DNA of 64,000 nt from Vicugna vicugna (taxonomy: Eukaryota): the NCBI GenBank assembly GCA_013265495.1, contig MU057989.1:883513-947512 (forward strand), written 5' to 3'. The notes beneath the pieces are model-generated. The model ran no database searches. It worked only from the letters and a program-made list of their open reading frames with translations, and was not told where the DNA came from. Shown here one piece after another: positions 24,802-36,574 of the stretch. The translations under genes and the position numbers were made by a program. Numbering within the stretch: position 1 is the first letter of the stretch; each line of letters opens with the position of its first letter.

Positions 24802-27800
24802 TATTACATAAAAACGGTCTGGGAATGGTGCAAACTGCAGCCCCTCTCTCCAAGACCCGCAGCCCAGCAGCACTCTAAGGCTCGGGGAGGGCTCAAGAAC
24901 AGCCCCACCTCTGCCCAACTTCGTTCGAGCAAGAAGACTTTATTGAGCAACATCTCTTCCCGTGCTCTTGGAATATACTCGGAGTGCTGACTTGAATGAG
25001 AAAAAGAGGTGGTCCTGACTAATGTTACCCCAAGAACTAAAGTGGCTTAAAGCAAGTTTTCCTAATCTTGAACAACTCACAACAAGGAACATTTCATCTT
25101 AACAAGGGAAGGCATACTTCGGCAAAATCATTTTTAACTATTTTGTTTTCAAACACATTAAGTAAAAATACAAAGTTGGCACTTATGTAGCCCCAAGTAA
25201 CCGCGTATTTTGTCACATAACTACAGTGGCACAAGTTAAAAGTTGTAAAGACACAGGCTAACATTCTAAGCATCAACTTCCAGCTGTGGGATAAAGCCTC
25301 AGCCCCTTTATAAGTCATTTCCAATCACATTTAAGAGTTATAGAGTCAAATTTAAACGTCAAACAGGAATGCTTCTCAATCCTTTGATCCACTGTGAAGG
25401 TGCTCTTGGTGGGGTTCATACTTACCGCCTTCCCTAGGAACTTCAAACGGGGCCACTGTTCTCACACTTCTCATGGTTATTCAAAAATCTCTATTCTTCT
25501 ACCAAAAAAAGCAAAGTCATGAAAAGCCCAGCCCTAGAAGTCTCTACAAAAACTCACATTTCATATTTAGCCAGAACTCAGTAAAAAAATCACTTGACTG
25601 GTCCTGAACTATCCACTGCCATAAACAGGAAGGTGAGACCACATAAGTGTAGGCCTCAGGTAACACTTGCTGCACCAGAAAGAGATGAAAGTGGCGGAGC
25701 CCCTGCCCCAGGCCCCTGATAGGAAGAACACATTCCCGTCTCCCTCCATAGCTGCTGACAAACTTTCCCCATAGGAACTTAATTCACTTGTTGGAGTGAC
25801 ACTATTGAAACTTTTTAAGTAATGCAGTCTCCTGGTCCATGATCCAAGTAAACCCCATTTTATGGATGTAGATTTACATAATGAATATACAGAATTATTT
25901 ACTTTAATGATCTAGGTTTGGTTCTGGTTTTCACCTTTTACGTTACTTTGGGCAGATCACCTCTATCAAGTCTGGTTCCTTACCTGGAATTGGAAGGAAC
26001 AGTATCCTCCCTTCCTACCTTCACAGGATGCTGTGAGGACCAAACTGAAGTGATGGGGAGAAAAGCACTCTGATACATAAATGTAAAATGTCATCATTTT
26101 ATTGTAAAAGGCATTTTGCTTGGTAACCTTATTTAACACCAAGTTTCTTTAAATACAGTTTTCTATTGCATGTAAAGGGATGTATGTAATAAAATGTAAT
26201 CACAGTTGCTTAGGGCACAGGATGAAATATACCCATGTTCAATTTTCAGAAGACAGCATTAAAAAACTTTTTTAGTCTATTTGTTGAATGTAAATTTGGC
26301 CTCAATAAAGCTGACCAAAAAAACCCTACTTGCCTAGATATTTATTTCTCCTACACTGCTAAATCATGAATCTCTGCTGCTAAAAGACACGAAAATGCTG
26401 TTTTAATTTGGACGTATTAAATAAAAAAGTTTCTAAAACACACAACTAGCTATACACTGGTAACACTAAGTCCTACTTCTTATAAAGGGTGCCAAGTAAA
26501 GGAAGATGACATTTGTGAGAAAGCATTTATGCCTTCAACGTAAAACAAGAAAATGCTACTTCAACAACATCTGATACTATCAAATTCTGCACCACTCCAG
26601 AAGAAAAGCCTGGGTTGAGGGAAAAGTACCGTTTTTCCTTCTTCCCCTTGATATCTTTCTTTGGGGTACATTCCCTATTTTGGCATCACCTCTGCACGCT
26701 CTCCTCAGAAACCCTCCATGATCTCCCCAGCCTGCAGTGACCTGTCCCTTCTGTCACTGGTGGCGATGGCATTTATCAAAGAGGCCACCAACCTCAGTGG
26801 AGTGTATGTACAGCAATGCTCCCCCTGCTAGACTGCAAGCGCCCTGCAGGCAGCATCCTAGCTGGTTACTTACTCCCCAGCATCAGATGTACTGTTCTCT
26901 GGGCTCACTGCCTTCCCCGCACACTCAGCTGACACCGATGGCTCCACAGGCCAGTCCCCAGAAATATGCGCTGCATCGTGGCAATCCAAGTCACTTCTGT
27001 TTCTCAGGCCACCAAGGCCTCCTCCTAACCCCTCAGCTCTTCCCATGAACAGTGTTCCCCGCCCCCTTCAAATTTTATCACATAAGCAGGGAACACACCT
27101 TGCTCTGCCTGGTCCAATTTTACCCTAGAAGCCAGAAACAAACATCCCCTCACTAAAATGAGGTTTATTCTCTCAAGAAATATTCCCAGGTCTCTCCTCA
27201 CTTTTCCATCTAACCAAATGCCATCACTCCTTTGATTGTGTGCAATGTAATTCCTTTAGTGCTTTCTTTGCTTTGCTATACATCCTTAAGATCTGTTTTA
27301 GACTAGTAATTACCAGAGACAAGGCTGTACCTTGTTTAACATGCTCGATGATGATCCCGTTCACGGCCCCCCCACACTAAGACCTTCTTGCAGTAATGTG
27401 ATGACGATGAAATGTGCAACCAAGGACCCGATATAAATATAATGGTGAATTTATTCTTTGGATTATTTAAACACAGCTATTAAAAACTGAGTTTTTTGTT
27501 GAACATTTGAAAAAGTAAAAGAGCCCCAGTGCTTTACAAGGATCAGAATAGGAAAGGGGAAAAAGTGGTCAGAAGTAGAAAATCCCTTCTGATAAACTTT
27601 GCTGTGATTAGCAGCACATAAAGTAAATATCTGACCATCCAATAATGGAACTGTCAAAAAAGCCATCCTTTGGGCGCTATCTTGAAAACTGCTAAAAGTA
27701 TATAGTGGGACAAGCCCTTCTGTTAAGTCTCATGTTACTAATTTGTACCTCTTTATAAAACAAAATCTACAATAACCTCATTCAACAATAGCAAAGCTGC

Positions 27801-29486
27801 AAAGCCATTCAAAAGTTACCAGTTTCAAAGGACAAGCTTCAACGCTGAACTTGTAGAGCGTAATCTATGTTTCATATGATTAGAGATTTTTCACTGAAAA
27901 GTGCCAAGACTAATGAAGCAAAAGAGATCTACTCTGCACTAAAATTATAGTTTTCTCATGCTGTAAAATCAGGGTATTTAAATCATGGTTGTTTCCACAT
28001 TTCTCACTTCTGGTGAGCTGATTTTTTACAAGATTAACATCAAATTCAACTCTTCACCAATTTTTTAAAAAGAGCAGTATTATTTACTTGACATGACTTG
28101 CCACTGACTCCTCTCCACTGTTAAATTTTATTTCAACTAGACAAGAATCTCCTTATGATTTTTTAAAAATTATCTCACTTCTACATTAACTACTAGTCAG
28201 AAACTGTATTAAAACTGAAGCCACAAAATTCAAGTTTTGTTTCAACAGTAGAAATAGGTTTTTAAACAACTAGGAGAAAAATGCTAGTGGTCAGTCACAG
28301 AAATATGTGAACAAGTTGAACAGCTGTGTGTGTCTACTGCAAATCTGAAGGCACTGCTGCAGCAATATAATTCAGTTTGGACCCATCCATTATAAACTGA
28401 TTTTCAGATGCTGTGACTGCAAGACTGTAGTAGAGCAATGCAAGCTGCGCTGGAGATCCATTCGTTTGCGGCAGCGCACAAGTTTTTACTGCAGAGGAGA
28501 GCTCTGAGAGGAAATACAGCTAGTTCATAATGCTACCATGAACCAGCCCAGAACAACCTAGGATTACTAAAGAAACAGAGAACTAAAATACTTCTCTTAG
28601 GTAACTGATACGATCACCTAAGAAAGTTTTGGGGGAAGCTGTTTAAAAGAATGATTTATTCAGTATCCTACTTTAAAAAAATTGGGGGGCCCTTTAATTC
28701 CTACATTCCTTAACATAATTTTTTAATTCTGCTACACGGTAGAAACAACACAAGCTCACACGGAGACTGCAGCCCAGATGAAATATGCTATTTAACTTTC
28801 TTCCGAAGTTAACACGTGAAATTAAACACACCACAGCAACCTTTAAGACATCTTGCTAACTAAGTTTGGGGCTGTGAAAAGTGGAATGACTTAGGTGACC
28901 AACAAGTTTTCAAAATAACTACTAAGCATATTCCCAAGGAGCACATTCCAAGAAACTTCTAAGTCGTAACTCATAGGCGGGCCTGCTGCTATGAATGCCT
29001 TTTGGTCGCAGCCTTGAGAATGTGTTACCGATTCCGAAAACACTTCAGGTCCCCTTTCGGCTGGATGATTTCCTTCTCTCACTAGCAAACGTACCCTCCG
29101 CTGTCATCCCTCCAGACAGCCACGCGTGTGCGGACACACACGACGGCGAACGGAGGCGTGTGGAAGTACCACGCAGAAAAAACACGCTCCACTCACTTTA
29201 CTTTTCCTCCCTGGAAGTACCACTCGGGCTCCACGCGAGGAGGGCTCATCAACTCCGGGAGATCTGAGTACACCCGGGCGTATGCCGCCCCACTCGGGCC
29301 CCATAACAGTCTTTCGACAAACTTCCCCCTCTGCGGCGGGGGTCCCGGGAAAGGGGCTGCGCCGGCCGCCGCTCCAGGGGCCCCGCACGCCCGCCGCCGA
29401 TTTCGGGTCCTCCGGCGGCACTAACCTCCGGGTGGGGCTGACAGCAACCCCCGGGGCCCCTGCCCCTCGCCCGGCCCCCTCCTCAC

Positions 29487-29571
29487 CTGTGCTGTCATTC
29501 GCCGAGAAGCCGGGCGAGCTGAGTTTGGCTCGTTTGGGGTTGGGCGGTCCGTCCAGCAAGTTCTCGGCCAT
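29487..29571 (-). CDS. CREBBP: CREB-binding protein (CBP/KAT3A), coding part of exon 1 (aa 1-28 plus first base of D29)
   Basis: ATG at 29571-29569 (context GTGAAAATGG). Translates MAENLLDGPPNPKRAKLSSPGFSANDST, the CBP N-terminus, including the basic PKRAK patch. Ends at donor CAG|GTGAGG (intron starts 29486). 85 nt, phase 1, joins exon 2 in frame. Confidence 0.98.
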
Positions 29572-29843
29572 TTTCACCTGCTCGCGAAAACAGCCCCGAG
29601 CGCGGGCGGCCGGGCCGGCGAGGGCTCCGGGGCGGGGGTCGGCGCCGGCCCCGGCCGGCTGCGAGGGGAGAGGAGCGAGCGCTAGCCGCGAGCCGCGAGC
29701 GAGCGCCGAGGGAGAGGGAGGGCGCAGGGCCGGGTGGGGGAGGCAGGGGCCAAATCTCAGCCACAGCAACAGCGCCCCGCAGCGCTCACCGCCCGCCCCC
29801 GGCCGCCGCCGCCGCCGCCGCCGGCCGCGGCCCCCTCAACCCC

Positions 29844-30321
29844 NNNNNNNNNNNNNNNNNNNNNNNNNNNNNNNNNNNNNNNNNNNNNNNNNNNNNNNNN
29901 NNNNNNNNNNNNNNNNNNNNNNNNNNNNNNNNNNNNNNNNNNNNNNNNNNNNNNNNNNNNNNNNNNNNNNNNNNNNNNNNNNNNNNNNNNNNNNNNNNNN
30001 NNNNNNNNNNNNNNNNNNNNNNNNNNNNNNNNNNNNNNNNNNNNNNNNNNNNNNNNNNNNNNNNNNNNNNNNNNNNNNNNNNNNNNNNNNNNNNNNNNNN
30101 NNNNNNNNNNNNNNNNNNNNNNNNNNNNNNNNNNNNNNNNNNNNNNNNNNNNNNNNNNNNNNNNNNNNNNNNNNNNNNNNNNNNNNNNNNNNNNNNNNNN
30201 NNNNNNNNNNNNNNNNNNNNNNNNNNNNNNNNNNNNNNNNNNNNNNNNNNNNNNNNNNNNNNNNNNNNNNNNNNNNNNNNNNNNNNNNNNNNNNNNNNNN
30301 NNNNNNNNNNNNNNNNNNNNN
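29844..30321. other. Assembly gap (478 N) inside the CREBBP 5' UTR / CpG island
   Basis: Run of N. The true length is unknown. Confidence 1.
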
Positions 30322-30454
30322 GGGGCCGCTGGAGCGGGCGCCGAGGGCCGGGCGGAACGGGCCGGCCGGGCGGAGCGGGGTGCGCGGGCGGTTGTGGGGC
30401 CCGGGACCGGCGGGGCCGAGTAGATCGCGCTCGAAGCCCCGGTCGGGTCCGCGA

Positions 30455-30466
30455 CAAGATGGCGGC
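30455..30466 (+). promoter_or_regulatory. YY1 consensus site just inside the presumed TSS
   Basis: CAAGATGGCGGC is a full match to the established YY1 motif. Confidence 0.75.
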
Positions 30467-30526
30467 TGTTGATTCCTCAATTAAAAAAAAAAGAAAGTTT
30501 TTTTTCTTCTCTTTCCAGAGCCTGAA

Positions 30527-30610
30527 CGGGGAGGGGGAGGGGGCGGGGCACGCCGGTGCGTCACCCCCCCGCGGCGTCACCACGCACGGCCCCCGCCCCG
30601 CCCCCTCCAC
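30527..30610. promoter_or_regulatory. GC-box (Sp/KLF) cluster upstream of the presumed TSS
   Basis: GGGGAGGGGGAGGGGGCGGGGC (30528-30549) and CCCCCGCCCCGCCCCC (~30590-30605). Confidence 0.65.
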
Positions 30611-31705
30611 CTGCGCCGGCCGCGGCGGAAAGAGCCGAGCGCGCTCGGGCGGAAAGGACCGAAGGCGCGGCGCTGTGCGCGGTGCAGCCCCGCGGTGGGG
30701 CGGCTGGGCTGCCCAGCTAGGGCCGGGCCTGCGGGACGCCGGGCACCGCCGCCACTTTTGTTCTGACGGCGACTGGGCGGCGAGCTCGAGGGCTGCGGCC
30801 TGGCCGCGAGCCGGACCCCCAGGCACGGAGTCGGCACGGGTAGGCCCGCCTGTCCCGCGGGGCGACTCCGCGGGGTCCTGACTCCTCACGTCCCTGCCCA
30901 CGACCCTCCTCGGTAGTCAGGCCTGGCCACTTTTCCTCGCCAGATCCAGCGATGTGTCGTGTCCTCTGCGGCTTACAGACTGCTCCCGGGTCCGTCTGAG
31001 AGCGCATGATCTGCATGATGGGGAAACTGAGGCAGGAAGCGACAGGGCAGGGATTCGAACTCCCCCCATGTGAAGTGGGCACCGCTCACTGAGCCCTTGT
31101 TCCCCAGCCCGATGTGACGGGGCCCTAGGTCCGACACCCCCACCTGCACCGGGAAGTGGTGAGCGCTGCCCCCCCAGCTGGCCGCGCTCAGCCTGCATCA
31201 GGCCCAGAAGGCCCCTTATTACATCAGGGCTTAGGACCTCGACGGTCTGGGTGCGCTCCCCGCCCCGGACGATCACCTGGCCCCCGCAGGTGCTCCAGAC
31301 AGGTGTGGGGTCCCGGGGTGACTGGTCCGCGCGGCCACTCACTCCCAGTTCCCCCCACATCTAAGGTGTTCACACATCTCAGTTTCTTATCTGCTTCTCA
31401 AAACTTGCCGGGCGCTTCATCCGAAGTCCTTATCTGAAAGGTATCACCAACAACCTGTTTCCTAAGCCAGAAATCTGTGAGTCAGCGCCGGCTCCTCCCT
31501 CTCTCTCCACCCACCAACCAACCTGCCTCCCCTGGTCCTTTACCTGTGCAAACGGCTCTTCCTCCCCATCCCACTGCCCCAAAGTCGGCTCGCATCTCCC
31601 GGGTGGCTAGATAGCAGCTTCCCACTTAAGTGTCCCTTGCAATCCATATTTCTCCCCACGCAGCACCAGAGTTAACTCACTGGAAAAAGAAAGAAAGATA
31701 CAGAT

Positions 31706-31747
31706 TAGATAGGTAGATAGGTAGGTAGGTAGGTAGATAGATAGATA
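31706..31747. repeat. (TAGA/TAGG)n compound microsatellite
   Basis: TAGATAGGTAGATAGGTAGGTAGGTAGGTAGATAGATAGATA. Confidence 0.9.
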
Positions 31748-33404
31748 CAGTCTGGGGGAAAAACATGTATAGTCTGTTTTAAATATATATGTACATCAAA
31801 AGAGTAATTGTCTTCAAGTGTCAAGACTGAGTGATATTTTTACCTTTTTTTCTATTTATAGTGTTCAAAATCTTGACTGCCCCCCCTCTCCCTTGCATCC
31901 TTCCCTTCCGTTTTCCATCCCACCCTCACTCCCCCACACCCACGCAGCTGCTAGAAAGTTCTCACCATTGAGACCTTTTTGTACTTTTGCAAATGTTGTT
32001 CCCTGTGCTAAGAATACATATGCCTGGCAAACTCTAACACATCCTCCAAGACCCAGCTCAAATATTACCTACTCCAGGAAGCCCTCTTGGCCCAGTTTAG
32101 GGCTCCCACAGCACTTGTGGGCATACTTCTGGGAGGGCATACCACACACCACACACTATCATTTCTTGTCATCTTTCGTGTTTTTAATTATCCATCAGAA
32201 TCCCTTGAAAATCTCCTGAGGGCATTGCCAGTATGCTAATATCTTGGGCAAAGAATAAAGAAAGAAACCCCTATATATTCAAAGAGACCAGAGAGCAAGC
32301 CCTGGAAATCATAAAAAGAAGCATTCAAGAAGTCAGTTTGCACAAGAAGGCAGGAGGTGTTTGCAGTCACAGAGTAACACAGGGCCAGTAGCATCCTATA
32401 TATGAATGTGCCTGTGTGTCCCTCTTGCCAGAAGTCTGCCGGCCCCTTGAGGGCAAGGGCCAGGTCTTAGTCATAGTACAGTGTCCTGCAAGAGGTAGGT
32501 TTTCAAAATTTGATGAATGAATGAATGAATGAACTCTGTCAGCTTCCCCTGAGTCCTAGAGGCCTCAGGACACTGAGAAGGATGGGCTTCAGCCTGAGGC
32601 AGCTCCAGGCCACTCCTCCACAGAGGGGACAATGTGTCAGGTCACCAAGAGGCCTCAGGCAGGGCCTGCCTTGGGTCAGTAGGGCCACCATCTGGCTCTG
32701 GGGTCCCTGGGTGAGTGGTTTACAAAGCAGTGGGCACATGAGCTCATGCCATCGCCCCCCAAGGGACAGCTATGACATAGATCATGCCCCATTTTACAGA
32801 GGGGGAAATTGAAGGGACCAGTCCCTATGACCCAGAGGTAAATGACCTGGACGTGCCAGGACTGGACCTGAAACACAAGTCTTCAAATGCCAAACCACTC
32901 ACCAAGCTCAACCGTAAAACATCCCTGCTCAAGAGTTCCTTCTTCTATCTCATTTGTATCATTTTGTTCAGTTTCTCTGCTTTTCCTAATCCCTGCTTTT
33001 TCTTTCCTTTCTATGTCTTCTCTCCTTTGTCTGACATTGATGGGGGAATAGAAAGGAAGAAAGTGTGGTTCCTGCCTGCCTACCCTTAGCTTGGGATCAA
33101 GGCCAACACAGACAGAAGAGATCCAACACGACTGAGCGTCTTCTGTACGCCAGGCCACTCTGCCACACGCTCCACTTGGATCAGCACTTCCCGCAATCCT
33201 GGAAGGAGATATCATTGTCCTCATTTTATAGATGAGGAAACAAGGCTCAGAGGAGAGCCACTAAGGGTTGCCAGACTGCAAACATAAGGCTGCCTGCTCT
33301 TTCCAGCCTCAGAGGCCTTGTCACCAAGGAAGCCCGTTTATGGAATGCTCAATAGCCGGCAGAGGAGCAAGAGATAGAAATACATCAGAAGAGACTTCTT
33401 GAGA

Positions 33405-33830
33405 CAAGTCCATTTGAATCCATCAACTGATGAATGGATAAACATAATGTGTTCTAGCCACACGATGAAATATTATTCAGCCAGATGCATGAAGCACTGA
33501 CACATGCTATAACATGGATGAGCCTTGAAAACCACGATGCTCTGTGAAAGAAGACATTCACCAAAGACCACATACTGTATGATTCCATTTATATGCAACG
33601 TCCAGAATTGGCAAACCCATACAGAAAGTAGGTCAGCAGTTTTGGGGGGATGGAGAGAGGGGGAGAGAGTGGATGGTAGCCGAAGGATATGGGGTTTCTG
33701 TTTGGGGTGATGAAAATGTTCTAAAATTGATGGTGATTGTTGCACCACCTGAACATACTAAAAATTAATGAAATCGACACTTTGGGTGAATTATATAGTA
33801 TGTGAACCCTCTCTCAGTCAAGCTGGTTCT
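33405..33830 (+). mobile_element. L1MB-type 3' UTR
   Basis: TCCATCAACTGATGAATGGATAAAC...GATTCCATTTATATGCAACGTCCAGAATTGGCAAA...GGTGATGAAAATGTTCTAAAATTGA. Confidence 0.8.
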
Positions 33831-33831
33831 T

Positions 33832-33968
33832 CTCTTTTTTTTTCTTAATTTTTTTTGGGGGGGTAATTAAGTATTTATCTATTTATTTAATGGAGGCACT
33901 GGGGATGGGACCCAGGACCTGGTGCGTGCTGAGCATGTGCTCTACCACTGAGCTCTGCCCTCCGCCAC
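33832..33968 (-). mobile_element. tRNA-Ala-derived SINE
   Basis: Same head and tail. Perfect 13-bp TSD CAAGCTGGTTCTT (33819-33831 / 33969-33981). Confidence 0.92.
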
Positions 33969-36374
33969 CAAGCTGGTTCTTAACAGGTTGATTTGGGAAG
34001 AAGGAAAAGGGACAAGGAAGGAGGGAGTGAGGCTGGTGCTCCCAGCAGAAAGGAACAAGTCAGGGGTCCAGTTAGGAGAGTGAAAAAGGAATCTGCTTGG
34101 TGGCACCAAAAGAAATGGTCCTGGGGGCTTGGATTTGATGTAGTTGGTATTTCCCAAGTGGAGGCTGAGGGGTGAGCTGGCAGGAAGAAAACGGAGACCC
34201 GGATTCACAAGTCGAACTGGAAAGAGAGGAACTTGAGGGGGGAGAGTTGAGGAATGTTCAACTCAGGCTCCGGGTGCACATTCAGCTCCCTCCTGCCTCG
34301 GACCCCAGGGGGTCCCAAACACAGGCCACAACCTTCTCTCCACTCAGGCCCCTCCTCATGTACTCCTTTTCTCAGGAATGGTCCCCGATTCTCTCCTGGA
34401 GGACTTGGGGTAGGTTCCTACCATCGCCTTTCCTGAACCTTTAATTGTTCATCCCCTCCCCCAGGGACTCCTCCATAAACACGTGGTCCCACAGTCAAAC
34501 CTGATCCTGCCCCATCTCTTCCATTCCCAGGCAAGCTGCTTGACTGAGCTGTCTACACTGGCTCGACTCACTTTTCTTCTCCCACTCACTGCTTTTATTT
34601 TTATTTGTGAAAATTTTCAAACAAATCACAGACAATAATATATAGACTCTCATGTCTACGTTATTAAGGTAGGTGACAGTAACATTTCACCACATCAGCT
34701 TCAGATCTTTATTTTACTTATTTATTTAAGAAATTACATGTCTGAGATAGAACTAAAGCTCCCATTTCCTGTCTCTCTCCCCTAAAGTTACGACTTTCCT
34801 GAAGTTGGTGTATACAGTTACCATGTAAGATGTGTATTTTTATTGAGTTGAGCCAAATGAAATTGCCAACATGTGACTGTTTCTGACCACCCCCATGACA
34901 ATTTAGTATGGTTCACCTAAATATGACATCTGCACCCAACTGTTTCATCCTCCCAAACTTAAACTGTATTTATCAAACAATAACTCCCCATTCCCTGCCC
35001 CTGTCCTAGCCACTGCCATTCTAGGTGGTTCATCTGTGGTGCTTTACCATTCCAAGGCTCATCTTTGTTGTAGCACTTATCAGAAATTCTTCCCTTTCTA
35101 AGGCTGGATAATACTCCATGGTAGTTATATATCACACTTTGTTTATCCATTTATCCACTGATGGACATTTACGGGGCTTCCACCTTTTGGCTATTGCAAA
35201 TCCAAGGAGCCAGCAGATTTGGTGTCTGGTGAGAGCATGCTTTCCGGTTCACAGGTGGCTATCTTCTCATGGTGTCCTCACATGGTGGAAGGGGTGAGGG
35301 AGCTCTCTGGGGTCTTTTTTTATAGGGGCACCCCTAACATCCTACATTTTTAAGTGTCCCCCACCACTATTACACTGTTTCAAATTTGAAGATATCTAGT
35401 AAGGAGAGTTCCACCATTCCTCTTCCTTTCCAAAGTTGTCTTGCCTATTCGCAGCCCTTTACTCTTCCATGTGAACTTTGGGGTAAGTTTTTCCAGGACC
35501 ATAAAAGAATTGAATAGTTGATTGGAATTGCATTGAATTTGTAGGTTAATTTGGGAGGAATTGCCATTTTAAAAATAGTGAGTCCTAACTAACACTGTAA
35601 ATCAACTACACTTCAATTAAAAAAAATTTTTTAATAGTGAGTTCTCCTACCAATTAGTGGGCAAAACAGAGGACAGAGGAGCGTATCATACAACACTATG
35701 CAAAATCCAAACTCCAGAAAGCTCTGCAGGACACGCAACTTGGACTTCTTCAGCAAATAAATTTCAAAGGAAAAAAAAACATAATGTAGATGAAGGGAAA
35801 TCCTGCAGGTTAAGAGACTTAAGAAACATAATAACCCATTGCCATGTGGATATTGTATAGACCCTGATTCCAATAAATTAAAATAATGAGACAACTGGAA
35901 ATTGAAATACTGACTGGTAAAGAAATGATATTAAGAAACTGATGTTAAATTTTTGTGTGTAATAATGATATTGCAATTATATGTTTTAAAATAGTCCTTA
36001 TATTTTAGAGGCATAGGCTGAAATATTTGTAGATGGGATAATACGATGCCTGGGAGGAGTAGATGGAAAAAGAAATTAACAAGACTGGCCAAGAATTGAT
36101 AGTCACAGAAGTTGAGTGATGGGCACTTGAGGGTTCATTATATAATTCTGTATACTTTTGTGTATTTTGAAATTTTCATAATAAAAAATTTCTCAAATAT
36201 TGAAATATTAAGTCTTTCTATTCACAAACATGGTATAGTTGTTCATTTATTTGAATTTTCTTCTGTCATGCGAAGTTTTATAATTGGCCCTGCACATCTC
36301 TGGTTGATCCAATGAATTTACTAAACTCTTATTAGTTCTTAATCACACTAGTAATTTTTTTCTAGAATCTCTTG

Positions 36375-36446
36375 TCCACACCAATTGGTACACGTTTTGC
36401 TTTTTTTTTTCTTTTGTTTTGTGAGGGGGAGGGCAATTGAGTTTGT

Positions 36447-36493
<47 letters not shown>

Positions 36494-36574
36494 TATCTGG
36501 AGGAGGTACTGGGGATTGAACCCAGGACCTGCTAAGCATGCGCTCTACCACTTGAGCCATACCCTCCCCCACCT
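36375..36574 (-). mobile_element. tRNA-Ala-derived SINE with expanded (TAAA)n and extra 3' sequence
   Basis: Head GGGGAGGGTATGGCTCAAGTGG...GGTTCAATCC. 12-bp TSD TAGAATCTCTTG (36363-36374 / 36575-36586). Confidence 0.9.

Larger units (their letters stand above)
8655..29486 (-). other. CREBBP: CREBBP intron 1 (20,832 nt, GT-AG)
   Basis: Lies between the exon 1 donor and the exon 2 acceptor. Phases are compatible (85 + 713 nt = 266 codons). Confidence 0.95.
29572..30480 (-). other. CREBBP: CREBBP 5' UTR / non-coding part of exon 1 (TSS approximate, interrupted by the gap)
   Basis: Extremely GC-rich, with no upstream ATG in the sequenced parts. Minus-strand GAGGAATCAACAGCCGCCATCTTGTCGCGGACCCG (from 30478) matches my recollection of human CREBBP cDNA 5' ends. 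TSS not directly observable. Confidence 0.65.
29100..31340. promoter_or_regulatory. CpG island / TATA-less promoter of CREBBP
   Basis: Abrupt rise in GC content and CpG density relative to the CpG-depleted flanks. Surrounds coding exon 1. Confidence 0.93.

Noticed and set aside
27345..27420. ATGATGA / GTGATGA box C-like motifs suggesting a C/D snoRNA
   Set aside because: On the strand opposite the host transcript, with no suitably placed CTGA D box or terminal stem.
30459..30881. Divergent 140-aa ORF starting MAAVDSSIKKKRKFFFF
   Set aside because: The Kozak-like AAGATGGCG is the YY1 motif, and the ORF runs through homopolymer tracts and GC boxes.
29104..30901. Long ORFs (214-448 aa) across the CpG island
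   Set aside because: Caused by GC-rich stop-codon depletion and translation through the N gap. Only 29487-29571 is coding.
31160..31184. CTCF-like GGCCAGCTGGGGGGGCAGCGC (minus strand)
   Set aside because: The G run is two bases too long for the core spacing, and such matches are common by chance in CpG islands.
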